This document shows positions 46,918 through 54,478 of a DNA stretch of 59,431 nucleotides, piece by piece. The DNA is taken from the NCBI GenBank assembly GCA_036560185.1, contig DATBRS010000246.1, positions 1 to 59,431 on the forward strand, read 5' to 3'. The stretch's first letter is position 1. Every line of letters starts with the position of its first letter. A program made the translations under genes and the position numbers. This DNA comes from Myxococcota bacterium. GTDB lineage: Bacteria > Myxococcota_A > UBA9160 > UBA6930. The notes beneath the pieces are model-generated. The model was not told where the DNA came from. It did not search any database and saw only the letters and a list, made by a program, of their open reading frames with translations.

Positions 46918-48054
46918 CTATTCGTCGACGATGTCGGCGAACAGATCCTCGAGCTCGCTGGTGTCGTCCAGCGCGAACTCTCGCGTCGCCCCTGCTCCGG
47001 CATCCGCCAGCGGGCCCGACATGATGACGGTCGCGGAGGCCACGGCGGAACGACGACCCGTCGGTTCGGCGACGACGTCGCCGAGGTCGAGTTCCTCGGC
47101 GGAGGTTTCGAACGGAGATTCACTCGGCGTGGATTCGCGGCGCTTCATCGGCGGGGGGGCGGCCGGCGTGCGGTCCGCGCGCACGCTCGCGGGCGGCCCG
47201 GCGAGCGGCGCCGCTTGCGGCTGCGCTTCGATGCCATCAGCGGCGCCGATGCCGAGCTCCGCGGCCGCGTGCTCGACGTGCGCCGCCGTCGCGCTCACGC
47301 GGCCGGCGCGATGCGCCTCGTAGAGAGCGTCGTCCGCGAGCGCGTTGATCCGGCGCGGAACTCCCCCGCACAGCCGCATCAAGCTCGCGACCGCGCTCGA
47401 CTCGAAGATCGCGGGGTTGCCGCCCGCGGCGCGGATGCGGTGGCGCACGTAGCCCTCCACCTCCTTCGGCTGCAGCGGCTGAATCGTGATGCGCAGGTCC
47501 ACGCGTTCGGCGAGCGCGGGCTCGGCGGCGACCGCGTCCGCGAGAGCCGGCGACCCCACCAGGATGATCGTCAGCAAGCGCTTCTCTTCGTACTCGAGAT
47601 TCAGCAGGCCGCGCAGCTCCGCGAGCAACCCCCGGTCCACGAGCACCTGCGCCTCGTCGACGATCAGGACGGCGTTGCGGCCCTCCTCGCGCACCATCGC
47701 AAGCTGCTCGTACACCTGCGCGAGTGCCGTCGCGAGCTCGTTCGACGGGGCCTCGACGCCGAGTTGTTGGGCCCAGCGCGTCAGCAGCCAGCGCATGTCC
47801 GTGACGCCTGGCACCGCGACCAGCAGGCTCGCCTCGAACACCTCCTCGTCGAGGGTCTGGAGCAGGTGGCGCGCGAGCATCGTCTTGCCCACGCCGCCGC
47901 GCCCGGAAACGACGCACAGGCCCTTCGCCTGCGTGGCCGCGCGGTGCAGCCGCTGCGTCGCGGCGGCGAACCCCGCTCCGTCGAAGTACCAGATGAGCTG
48001 CGCGTCGCAGCCGAAGGGATCACGGTCGAGGCCGAAGGTCGCGAGATGCTCCAC
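46918..48054 (-). CDS. ExeA/GspA-family AAA+ ATPase with acidic C-terminal tail
   Basis: N-terminal FGLDRDPF, Walker A GRGGVGKT, Walker B LIVDEAQ, IILVGSP and GVPRRINALAD. Confidence 0.88.
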   Translation of the reverse strand: MEHLATFGLDRDPFGCDAQLIWYFDGAGFAAATQRLHRAATQAKGLCVVSGRGGVGKTMLARHLLQTLDEEVFEASLLVAVPGVTDMRWLLTRWAQQLGVEAPSNELATALAQVYEQLAMVREEGRNAVLIVDEAQVLVDRGLLAELRGLLNLEYEEKRLLTIILVGSPALADAVAAEPALAERVDLRITIQPLQPKEVEGYVRHRIRAAGGNPAIFESSAVASLMRLCGGVPRRINALADDALYEAHRAGRVSATAAHVEHAAAELGIGAADGIEAQPQAAPLAGPPASVRADRTPAAPPPMKRRESTPSESPFETSAEELDLGDVVAEPTGRRSAVASATVIMSGPLADAGAGATREFALDDTSELEDLFADIVDE

Positions 48055-48076
48055 GGGGACTCCATTTCCTAAGCGG

Positions 48077-51064
48077 CTAGACGAATGAGATCTTCTTCTT
48101 GCGGCGCGGCGCTCCCGGCGACCCGGGGCCTTGCGGCGCGGCCGGAGCGCTCGGGGGCGCCGGCTTGGGCGGATCCGGCGGCGGCTCCGGAGCGCGCGTG
48201 GCCCTGCGCGGCGGAGGCTCCGGCGGTGCGCTCGGCTCGCTCTCGTCCTCGACCACCTCGTCCTGCAGGTCGAGCACCTCGGCCTCGGCCGGAGCGCTCT
48301 GGATCGCGTCCGAATCCTCCCCAGTCACGAGCTCGTCGAAGGATTCGTAGCTCGCTGCGGGCGCGACTCTCGGCGGCTCGCTGCCATGGTCTCCGACGAA
48401 GTCGTCGAAGGATTCGAAGGTCTCACCGCCATCAGCGGGCGCGGGCGGCGCTGCGGCCAGCTCCGCGAGCAAGCGGTCGATATCCCCGAAGCTCGGGTCC
48501 ACGCCGCGCGCGGCCTCGAACTCGCGCCGCGCGCGCGCGCGGTCGCCGTTCCCCTGATAAGCGCGACCGAGATCGACGCGCAGCGCGGCTTCCTGCTCCG
48601 CCGGCAGCTGTCCGCGCGCCAGCGCTTCGGACAAGTGCGCGATCGCGTCGCCGGCGCGTCCGAGGTCGAGTGCGCAAACGCCCATCAAGTGGAGGCACGC
48701 GAGGCTCCGGCCGGGATCGCCGTGGGCGACGCGGAACTCGCCGATCGCATCCTCGAGCAGGCCCATCTCCTTGTAGGCGATGCCGAGATCGAAGTGCGCC
48801 TCGTAGTCGCCGTCCTCCACCTCTCGCTTCACGCCGGCCTTGAAGGCGGCGAACACTTCCGCGAAGCCGTCCCCGTCGGAGTTCCCGGATGCCGTGCGTG
48901 CGGCGCCCGGTTCGTCGAAGGCGCCCGACAGCTCCGCCGCGAGATCGAAGTCCGCGCCCCCTAACATTTCGGGCGGGGCCTCCTCGCGAGCCGCGACCGG
49001 CGCCGGCTGCGCAGCGCGCGGCGCGGCTTGCGGTGTGGCGGGCGCCGGCGGAGCGATGGGGGATGCGACGGGCGCGGCGTACTCCGGCGTCGTGAGATCG
49101 CTGAGCGAGTCCGCCTCCTCGGCGGCGGCGGGCGACTGCGCGCTCGTCGCAGGTAGGTCGAGGTCGAGCGATGCCGCGCTGGCGGCCTCGACCTCGGCCA
49201 GCTTCGCCTGTGCAACGGGGTGGCCCGGCTTCGCGGCGAGCACGCGCGCGTAGAGAGCGCGCGCCTCTTCGAGGAGTCCCTGCTCGCGATAGAACTCCGC
49301 CTCTTCGAGGTCTGCTTGAACCGAGCTCGCAGCCCCCTGCGCAGGGTGCGCCGGAGTCGCCACCGCCGGTTTCGCGGGAGGCGCCTCCGTCTTCGCCCCG
49401 TCCGCTCGGTCGTCGAAGGAGAACTCACCCTCGTCGTCACTCGGCGTCGAAGCGGGCGCGGCGTTCTCGCGCAGCGGCGATTCCTCGGCCGGAGCGTCCG
49501 CGAGATCGCCCGAGACGTCGATGTCGATGCCTGAGAAGTCGTCGTCGGCTGCGCTCGCTGCCGGGTCCGGCGCTGCGCTGGGCTCTGGCCCCGCGAGCGA
49601 GTCGTGATCGCCGGCGTCGATCTCGATGTCGACGTCGCCGGAGTCAAGATCGGCGAGCGCATCCGTCGCCGGCTCGCTCGCCGGCGGCGCGGCCAGCGCA
49701 GACGCCGCGCGCGCATCGAGGGGCGCGAGCAAGCGCCGCACGCGCTCGACGCCTTCGGCGTTGCCTGCATCGCCATAAGCAGCGCCCGCACGTGCGAGCG
49801 CCGACGAGGCGTGCGGCTTGTTCCCGATCGCGACCAGCGACTCGCCCAGCTTCTCGAGCGCCGCCGCGTTCCCGGGTTCGACGCGCAGCGCCGAGCGCAG
49901 CGTCTCGATCGCACGCTCGTGCTTGCCGTAGCGCGAGAACACGCTCGCCTCGGCGAGCAACTGGTCGAAGTCTGCATCGGAGTCGGAGTCGCCCGCCGGT
50001 GCGATCTCCTCCGCGAGATCGCCGCTCGGCTGAAGCGTGCTGTCGGACGATTCGCCGAGCTCGTCCGGCTCGTCGCTCGCGGGCGGCTCTGCGGACTCGT
50101 CCTCAACGGCGTCGACGAGGCCGAGCGAGGCGTCGAGATCCGGATCGATCTCGAGATCGGTCGGATCGCCCTCGAGCGCGAGCGGGCCGGAATCCCCGGC
50201 CTCGAATGCCGCGCCCGCCCCGTAGCGCTGCGTGAGCGCGCGCGCGCGATCCTCGTCGCCGCGAGCGCGGAAGATCTCCGCGAGGCCGCGGAAGGTCTCT
50301 GCGGCTTCCTCGTCGCGCCCGATGCGCTCGAGCACGGTCCCTAACAGCTCGAGCGCGGCGACGTCGTCGGGCATCGCGGCGACCAGGCTCCGCGCCGCTT
50401 TCTCCGCCTGCTGCTTCGCGCCGGTCTCGAGCGCAGCCTGCGCGAGCGCGCGCAGGGTCGAGGCGCGCGCGGGCGCGAGCTCGAGCGCGCGCTCGAGCAC
50501 CTTGATCTGCCCCTCGGCGTTCTTCTGGCGTTCGAGCTCGCGCACGACCTCGTCGTACTCGGCGAGCGCGTCGTCGACCTTCCCTTCCGCCCGCAACAAG
50601 TCGGCGACCTTGAGCCGGCTGGTCGTGTTCGTGGGATCCAGCGCCGCCATGCGCCGCAGCAGGCCGAGCGCCTGGCTCTTGTCGCCCGCGCGGTGCGCGC
50701 CGTCCGCCGCGAACTGGATCGCCCGCATCGCCTCGGAGGTGAGGCCCATGCGCTGGTACAGCTCGCCGAGCTGCGCGTGGACCTCGAAGCGCTTCTCGTC
50801 GAGCTTCGTGACCTGCTTGTAGAGCGCGACCGCCTTCGCGTCGAAACCTTCGTTCGTGAATTGTTGGGCGACGCGCAGGTAGGCGTCGATCGCCTCGGAG
50901 GTGCGACCGAGCTTCAAGTGGAGATCGCCCACCTTGAGGCGGATGTTCGAGTCCTTCGAATCCGCCTTGAGGAGGGTTTGGTAGTCCTCGAGCGCCTTGT
51001 CCAAAGCCCCGCGTTGCAGGTGCTTTTGGGCAGACTCGAGGATCTTCCGCTTGTTCACCGCCAA
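48077..51064 (-). CDS. sgmX: Large multi-TPR protein, SgmX-like type IV pilus activator
   Basis: N-terminal TPR block (GALDKALEDYQ, GFDAKAVALYKQV, GLTSEAM), middle TPRs separated by acidic linkers, a C-terminal block FKAGV...EAHFDLGIAYKEMGLLEDAIGEF, and the tail KKKISFV. Lies downstream of pilQ and mglC. TTG 51064 follows a GAGGGGG SD. The orthology call is from recall. Confidence 0.75.
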   Translation of the reverse strand: MAVNKRKILESAQKHLQRGALDKALEDYQTLLKADSKDSNIRLKVGDLHLKLGRTSEAIDAYLRVAQQFTNEGFDAKAVALYKQVTKLDEKRFEVHAQLGELYQRMGLTSEAMRAIQFAADGAHRAGDKSQALGLLRRMAALDPTNTTSRLKVADLLRAEGKVDDALAEYDEVVRELERQKNAEGQIKVLERALELAPARASTLRALAQAALETGAKQQAEKAARSLVAAMPDDVAALELLGTVLERIGRDEEAAETFRGLAEIFRARGDEDRARALTQRYGAGAAFEAGDSGPLALEGDPTDLEIDPDLDASLGLVDAVEDESAEPPASDEPDELGESSDSTLQPSGDLAEEIAPAGDSDSDADFDQLLAEASVFSRYGKHERAIETLRSALRVEPGNAAALEKLGESLVAIGNKPHASSALARAGAAYGDAGNAEGVERVRRLLAPLDARAASALAAPPASEPATDALADLDSGDVDIEIDAGDHDSLAGPEPSAAPDPAASAADDDFSGIDIDVSGDLADAPAEESPLRENAAPASTPSDDEGEFSFDDRADGAKTEAPPAKPAVATPAHPAQGAASSVQADLEEAEFYREQGLLEEARALYARVLAAKPGHPVAQAKLAEVEAASAASLDLDLPATSAQSPAAAEEADSLSDLTTPEYAAPVASPIAPPAPATPQAAPRAAQPAPVAAREEAPPEMLGGADFDLAAELSGAFDEPGAARTASGNSDGDGFAEVFAAFKAGVKREVEDGDYEAHFDLGIAYKEMGLLEDAIGEFRVAHGDPGRSLACLHLMGVCALDLGRAGDAIAHLSEALARGQLPAEQEAALRVDLGRAYQGNGDRARARREFEAARGVDPSFGDIDRLLAELAAAPPAPADGGETFESFDDFVGDHGSEPPRVAPAASYESFDELVTGEDSDAIQSAPAEAEVLDLQDEVVEDESEPSAPPEPPPRRATRAPEPPPDPPKPAPPSAPAAPQGPGSPGAPRRKKKISFV

Positions 51065-51263
51065 ACGAGCGCCCCCTCTTCCCCAACACGGCGCAGCGCC
51101 CCCGCCGAGCGGGTTCGCCTCCCCCAATACGGGTTCATATCGGGACGGCGGGGGGGCCTCTTGAGGCAGGAGCCGCCCAAGGCGAGCCCGGGCGGGGCGA
51201 ATCCGGCGGGCCTCTACTCCGACGGAGCCTGCGCCCCGCGGTGGGAGCCTGCGAGGCTTCGGC

Positions 51264-51701
51264 TCACTTCGCGAGGCGGGTGAGCAGGCCCTCGAGGCCG
51301 AGCCGGTAGCTGTCGGCGCCGAAGCCCGAAACGATCGCCACGCACACCCCGGAGAGCAGCGACTGCTGCCGGAACTCCTCGCGTGCGAAGATGTTCGAGA
51401 GGTGCACCTCGATCGCCGGAAGCGAGACGCCCGCGATGGCGTCGCGCAGCGCGACGCTGGTGTGCGTCAAGCCGCCGGCGTTCACGATCAGGCCGTGCGC
51501 CCAGGTACGCGCCTCGTGAATCCGGTCGATCAGGCCGCCCTCGTGGTTCGATTGGAAGCAGTGCACCTCGGCACCGCGCTCGCGCCCGAGCGCGACCAGG
51601 CGCGCGTCGATCTCGCCGAGCGTCGTCGTGCCGTACAGCGCGGGCTCGCGGGCACCCAGCAGGTTCAGATTCGGCCCGTGGAGGACGAGGATGTTGGGCA
51701 T
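51264..51701 (-). CDS. aroQ: Type II 3-dehydroquinate dehydratase
   Basis: LHGPNLNLLGAREPALYG, FQSNHEG, NAGGLTHTSVALRDAI and IEVHLSNIFAREEFR. Confidence 0.97.
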   Translation of the reverse strand: MPNILVLHGPNLNLLGAREPALYGTTTLGEIDARLVALGRERGAEVHCFQSNHEGGLIDRIHEARTWAHGLIVNAGGLTHTSVALRDAIAGVSLPAIEVHLSNIFAREEFRQQSLLSGVCVAIVSGFGADSYRLGLEGLLTRLAK

Positions 51702-51714
51702 GCGGCGCACGGTA
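51702..51714 (-). promoter_or_regulatory. -10 element of a probable leaderless aroQ transcript
   Basis: TACCGT (51714-51709), GCGCCGC, then ATG 51701. No SD. Confidence 0.5.
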
Positions 51715-51769
51715 GCCGCGCAGTTCCCGCGGCCCAGCTTCGAGCGCGCTGCTCGCTACGCCGCACGGG

Positions 51770-52129
51770 CTAGAGCTGCTCGCGCACGTCGAGCGTGTGG
51801 CGGCGCAGCAGGTAGCGGGCCTTGCCGAGGTTCCCGGTGGGATCGAGCGCCAGTACGAAGAACGTCTCGCGATCGACCGCACGCAGCACCACCTGCGTCC
51901 GCGCCATCGCGATCACGAGCTCGTCCAGCTCCCCCCCGTTCACGGTGGACGCGACCTTGCGCGCCTCGTCCAGCACGCGACCGAACTCGACGCCGAGCAG
52001 CGTCACCTCGTCGCTCTCGCCGGCGCCGCCGACTTCCGCGATCGGGATCCCGTCCGCGCCCATCAGCGCGATCCCGATGCAGCCCGGGCACTGGTTCACG
52101 ATCGCGCCGAGAATCGTCTCGAAGCTCAT
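51770..52129 (-). CDS. mglC: Roadblock/LC7 protein, MglC-like
   Basis: MSFETILGAIVNQ, LMGADGI and FFVLALDPTGNLGKARYLLR. The 119-aa length and position downstream of pilQ fit MglC. Confidence 0.8.
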   Translation of the reverse strand: MSFETILGAIVNQCPGCIGIALMGADGIPIAEVGGAGESDEVTLLGVEFGRVLDEARKVASTVNGGELDELVIAMARTQVVLRAVDRETFFVLALDPTGNLGKARYLLRRHTLDVREQL

Positions 52130-52743
52130 GCCGTTCGCCTCCGCAAGTTGTCGAGCCAGCGCGTGAGGGTGGCGACGACTTTCTCGCGTCGCGCCTCATC
52201 CAATCGCTGCTCACGGAATTGTCCCCGCAGCCGCGCAGCCGTGCGCACCTCGTCCGCACGCTCGCGCTGTCCTTGCCGCTCGAGCAAGCCGGCCACCGTC
52301 TCCGTCGCGAAAGGAGACTCCGCCGAGGTGAGGTCGACGCCCTCGGGCACGCCGTCTTCGACGAGCTCGAGCGCAGCGGCGGCGACTTCATTCGCGTCGT
52401 GCATCTCGTCGGCCTGCGCTTCCGCTGTCTCGAATGCGTCCTCGACTTCGTCGTCGGCGAGCTCTGAGAGCGCTGCGGGCGCAGCGAGCACGGCCTGTGG
52501 CTCTTCGACTTCGCCGCCGAGCGCGAGATAGGCGGCCTCGAGCGCGCGATGGGCGGTCACGAGATCGCCGGAGTCGATCAGCGCGAGCGCGTAGGCGACA
52601 TGCGCCACCGGATGCGGCGCCTCCGCGTCGAGCGCGGCGTGTGCGAGCTCGCGCGCGCGATCGGGCCGGCCCGCGCGGCGTTCGCCTTCGGCGCGCGCGG
52701 CGAGCGCCGCACTGTCCGTCTCGCTCGTTCGCGTCTGACTCAT
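52126..52743 (-). CDS. Hypothetical TPR-like protein
   Basis: N-terminal TPR-like helices, an acidic linker, FATETVAGLLERQG and a C-terminal helix LTRWLDNLRR. Its ends overlap both aroB and mglC. Confidence 0.65.
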   Translation of the reverse strand: MSQTRTSETDSAALAARAEGERRAGRPDRARELAHAALDAEAPHPVAHVAYALALIDSGDLVTAHRALEAAYLALGGEVEEPQAVLAAPAALSELADDEVEDAFETAEAQADEMHDANEVAAAALELVEDGVPEGVDLTSAESPFATETVAGLLERQGQRERADEVRTAARLRGQFREQRLDEARREKVVATLTRWLDNLRRRTA

Positions 52744-53852
52744 CAGCGTTTCGCCCCTGTTCGCAGCGCCGGGGGAAGGATCTCTTCTGGGCGCAGCGGC
52801 ACCGTCTCCGCGCTGCCGATCATACGCAGCGCGACGAAGCGGATGTGCGCGTCCCGCCGCTTCTTATCGGCGGATATCGCATCGAGATAAGCGCGCCGCG
52901 GGAACGGCGGCAGCTCGGTCGGGAGCCCCGCCCGCGCGAGCAGGGCCACCAGGCGGACCGCGCTGCCGGGCGCCGCCAAGCCGAGCTCCTCGCTGCGCCG
53001 GGCGGCGAACGCCATGCCCATCGCGACCGCCTCCCCGTGCAGCACGCCGCGGTACTTCGAGAGCGCCTCGACGGCGTGCCCGAGCGTGTGGCCGAAGTTG
53101 AGCAGCATGCGCTCGCCCGATTCGCGCTCGTCGCGGCTGACGACGCCAGCTTTGATCGCGCAGTTGCGCGCCAAGAACGGCAGCAGGACCTCCGGATCGA
53201 GGGCGAGCAGCCGCTCGAGCTCACGCTCGAGCAGGGCGAACAGCTTCGCGTCGCGAATCGCGGCGTGCTTCACGCCCTCGGCCAGCCCGGCGAGCAGCTC
53301 GCGGCGCGGCAGCGAGCGGAGCGTCGCGGCATCGATCCACACGAGCTTCGGCTGATGGAAGGCGCCCACCAGATTCTTGCCGCGCTTCACGTTCACACCG
53401 GTCTTGCCGCCGACGCTGGAGTCGAGCATCGCCAGCAGGCTGGTCGGAACCTGCACGAAGGCGACACCGCGCAGCAGCGTCGCCGCGACGAAGCCGGTGA
53501 GATCTCCGACGACTCCGCCGCCGAGGGCGATCAGCACGCTGCCGCGGTCGGCCTCGGCCGCGAGCAGCGCGTCGTAGAGCTGCTCCGCCTGCCGCAGGCT
53601 CTTGCTGCGCTCGCCATCCGGGACGACGAGCCGCTTCACCGTCAGGCCCGCCGCCTTCAGCGAACGCTCGACCGGCGGCGCCCAACGCTTCGCGACCGGC
53701 GGCACCGTGACCACGAACGCGCGGCTCGCCCCGGTGCGCTCCTTCACCGCGCTGCCGAGCTGCCCGAGCGTGCCGACGCCGATTTGGATCGGGTAGCCGC
53801 GCGCACCGAGCTCGACGTGGATGGTGAGCCCCGCAGCCGTCGCGGACGTCAT
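52743..53852 (-). CDS. aroB: 3-dehydroquinate synthase
   Basis: PDGERSKS, ALGGGVVGDLTGF, QVPTSLLAMLDSSVGGKTGVN and LNFGHTLGHAVE...HGEAVAMG. Confidence 0.97.
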   Translation of the reverse strand: MTSATAAGLTIHVELGARGYPIQIGVGTLGQLGSAVKERTGASRAFVVTVPPVAKRWAPPVERSLKAAGLTVKRLVVPDGERSKSLRQAEQLYDALLAAEADRGSVLIALGGGVVGDLTGFVAATLLRGVAFVQVPTSLLAMLDSSVGGKTGVNVKRGKNLVGAFHQPKLVWIDAATLRSLPRRELLAGLAEGVKHAAIRDAKLFALLERELERLLALDPEVLLPFLARNCAIKAGVVSRDERESGERMLLNFGHTLGHAVEALSKYRGVLHGEAVAMGMAFAARRSEELGLAAPGSAVRLVALLARAGLPTELPPFPRRAYLDAISADKKRRDAHIRFVALRMIGSAETVPLRPEEILPPALRTGAKR

Positions 53853-54370
53853 GCCTGCTCCCGGGTCAGCAGCGCTTCGATCTCGCGCGCGATCCGGCGC
53901 GGATTCCCGGTATTCGAGTCGACGATGTGGTGCGCCTGCATGTACGCCGGCTCCCGTTGCGCGAGCAGCTCACGCAGCTTCGCGAGTCGCCCCGCTGCGT
54001 CCAGCCCCGCGAGCAGCGGCCGCGAAACGCCCGAGCCGACGCGGCGCGAAAGCGTCTCCGCACGCGCGCGCAGGTAGACGACGACGCCGCTCGCCCGCAA
54101 GCGCTCCGGCGCGCCCGGCTGCGCCATTGCGCCGCCTCCGAGCGCGACGACCGCGCGGCTCGCCGCGAGCCGCTCGATCACCGCGCGTTCTCGCGCGCGA
54201 AACGCGGCCTCGCCCTCGCGCGCGAAGATCTCGGGAATCGTCGTGCCGGCCTCGCGTGCGATCTCGGCGTCCGAGTCGTAGGCCGCGCAGCCGAGCCGCT
54301 TCGCGAGCTCCAGGGCGACGCTGGATTTTCCAGCACCCATCAGGCCCACCAGGAAGATCGTCCGCTGCAT
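53849..54370 (-). CDS. aroK: Shikimate kinase
   Basis: Walker A GLMGAGKS, YDSD, EGEAAFRARE, ALGGG and RPLL. Confidence 0.96.
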   Translation of the reverse strand: MQRTIFLVGLMGAGKSSVALELAKRLGCAAYDSDAEIAREAGTTIPEIFAREGEAAFRARERAVIERLAASRAVVALGGGAMAQPGAPERLRASGVVVYLRARAETLSRRVGSGVSRPLLAGLDAAGRLAKLRELLAQREPAYMQAHHIVDSNTGNPRRIAREIEALLTREQA

Positions 54371-54384
54371 CGCGCCGCAGCTTA
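54371..54384 (-). promoter_or_regulatory. -10 element of a probable leaderless aroK transcript
   Basis: TAAGCT (54384-54379), GCGGCGCG, then ATG 54370. No SD. Confidence 0.5.
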
Positions 54385-54424
54385 GTCGCGGCGAGCGCGA
54401 TTCCGTGTGCGCCAGGAACGAGAA

Positions 54425-54455
54425 GGCCCGGCATCGCGGGGAGCGATGCCGGGCC
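54425..54455 (-). terminator. Hairpin after pilQ (probable intrinsic terminator)
   Basis: GGCCCGGCATCGC-gggga-GCGATGCCGGGCC, a 13-bp perfect stem. On the minus strand it is followed by TTCTCGTT, an imperfect U-tract. Confidence 0.6.
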
Positions 54456-54478
54456 CGGCTCAGTAGCTCGGCGCTGGA

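Noticed and set aside
51065-51263. 6S RNA, SRP RNA or tmRNA in the aroQ-sgmX spacer
   Set aside because: No SRP GGAA-loop/GCAG motif, no long 6S-like rod with a central bubble evident, and too short for tmRNA.
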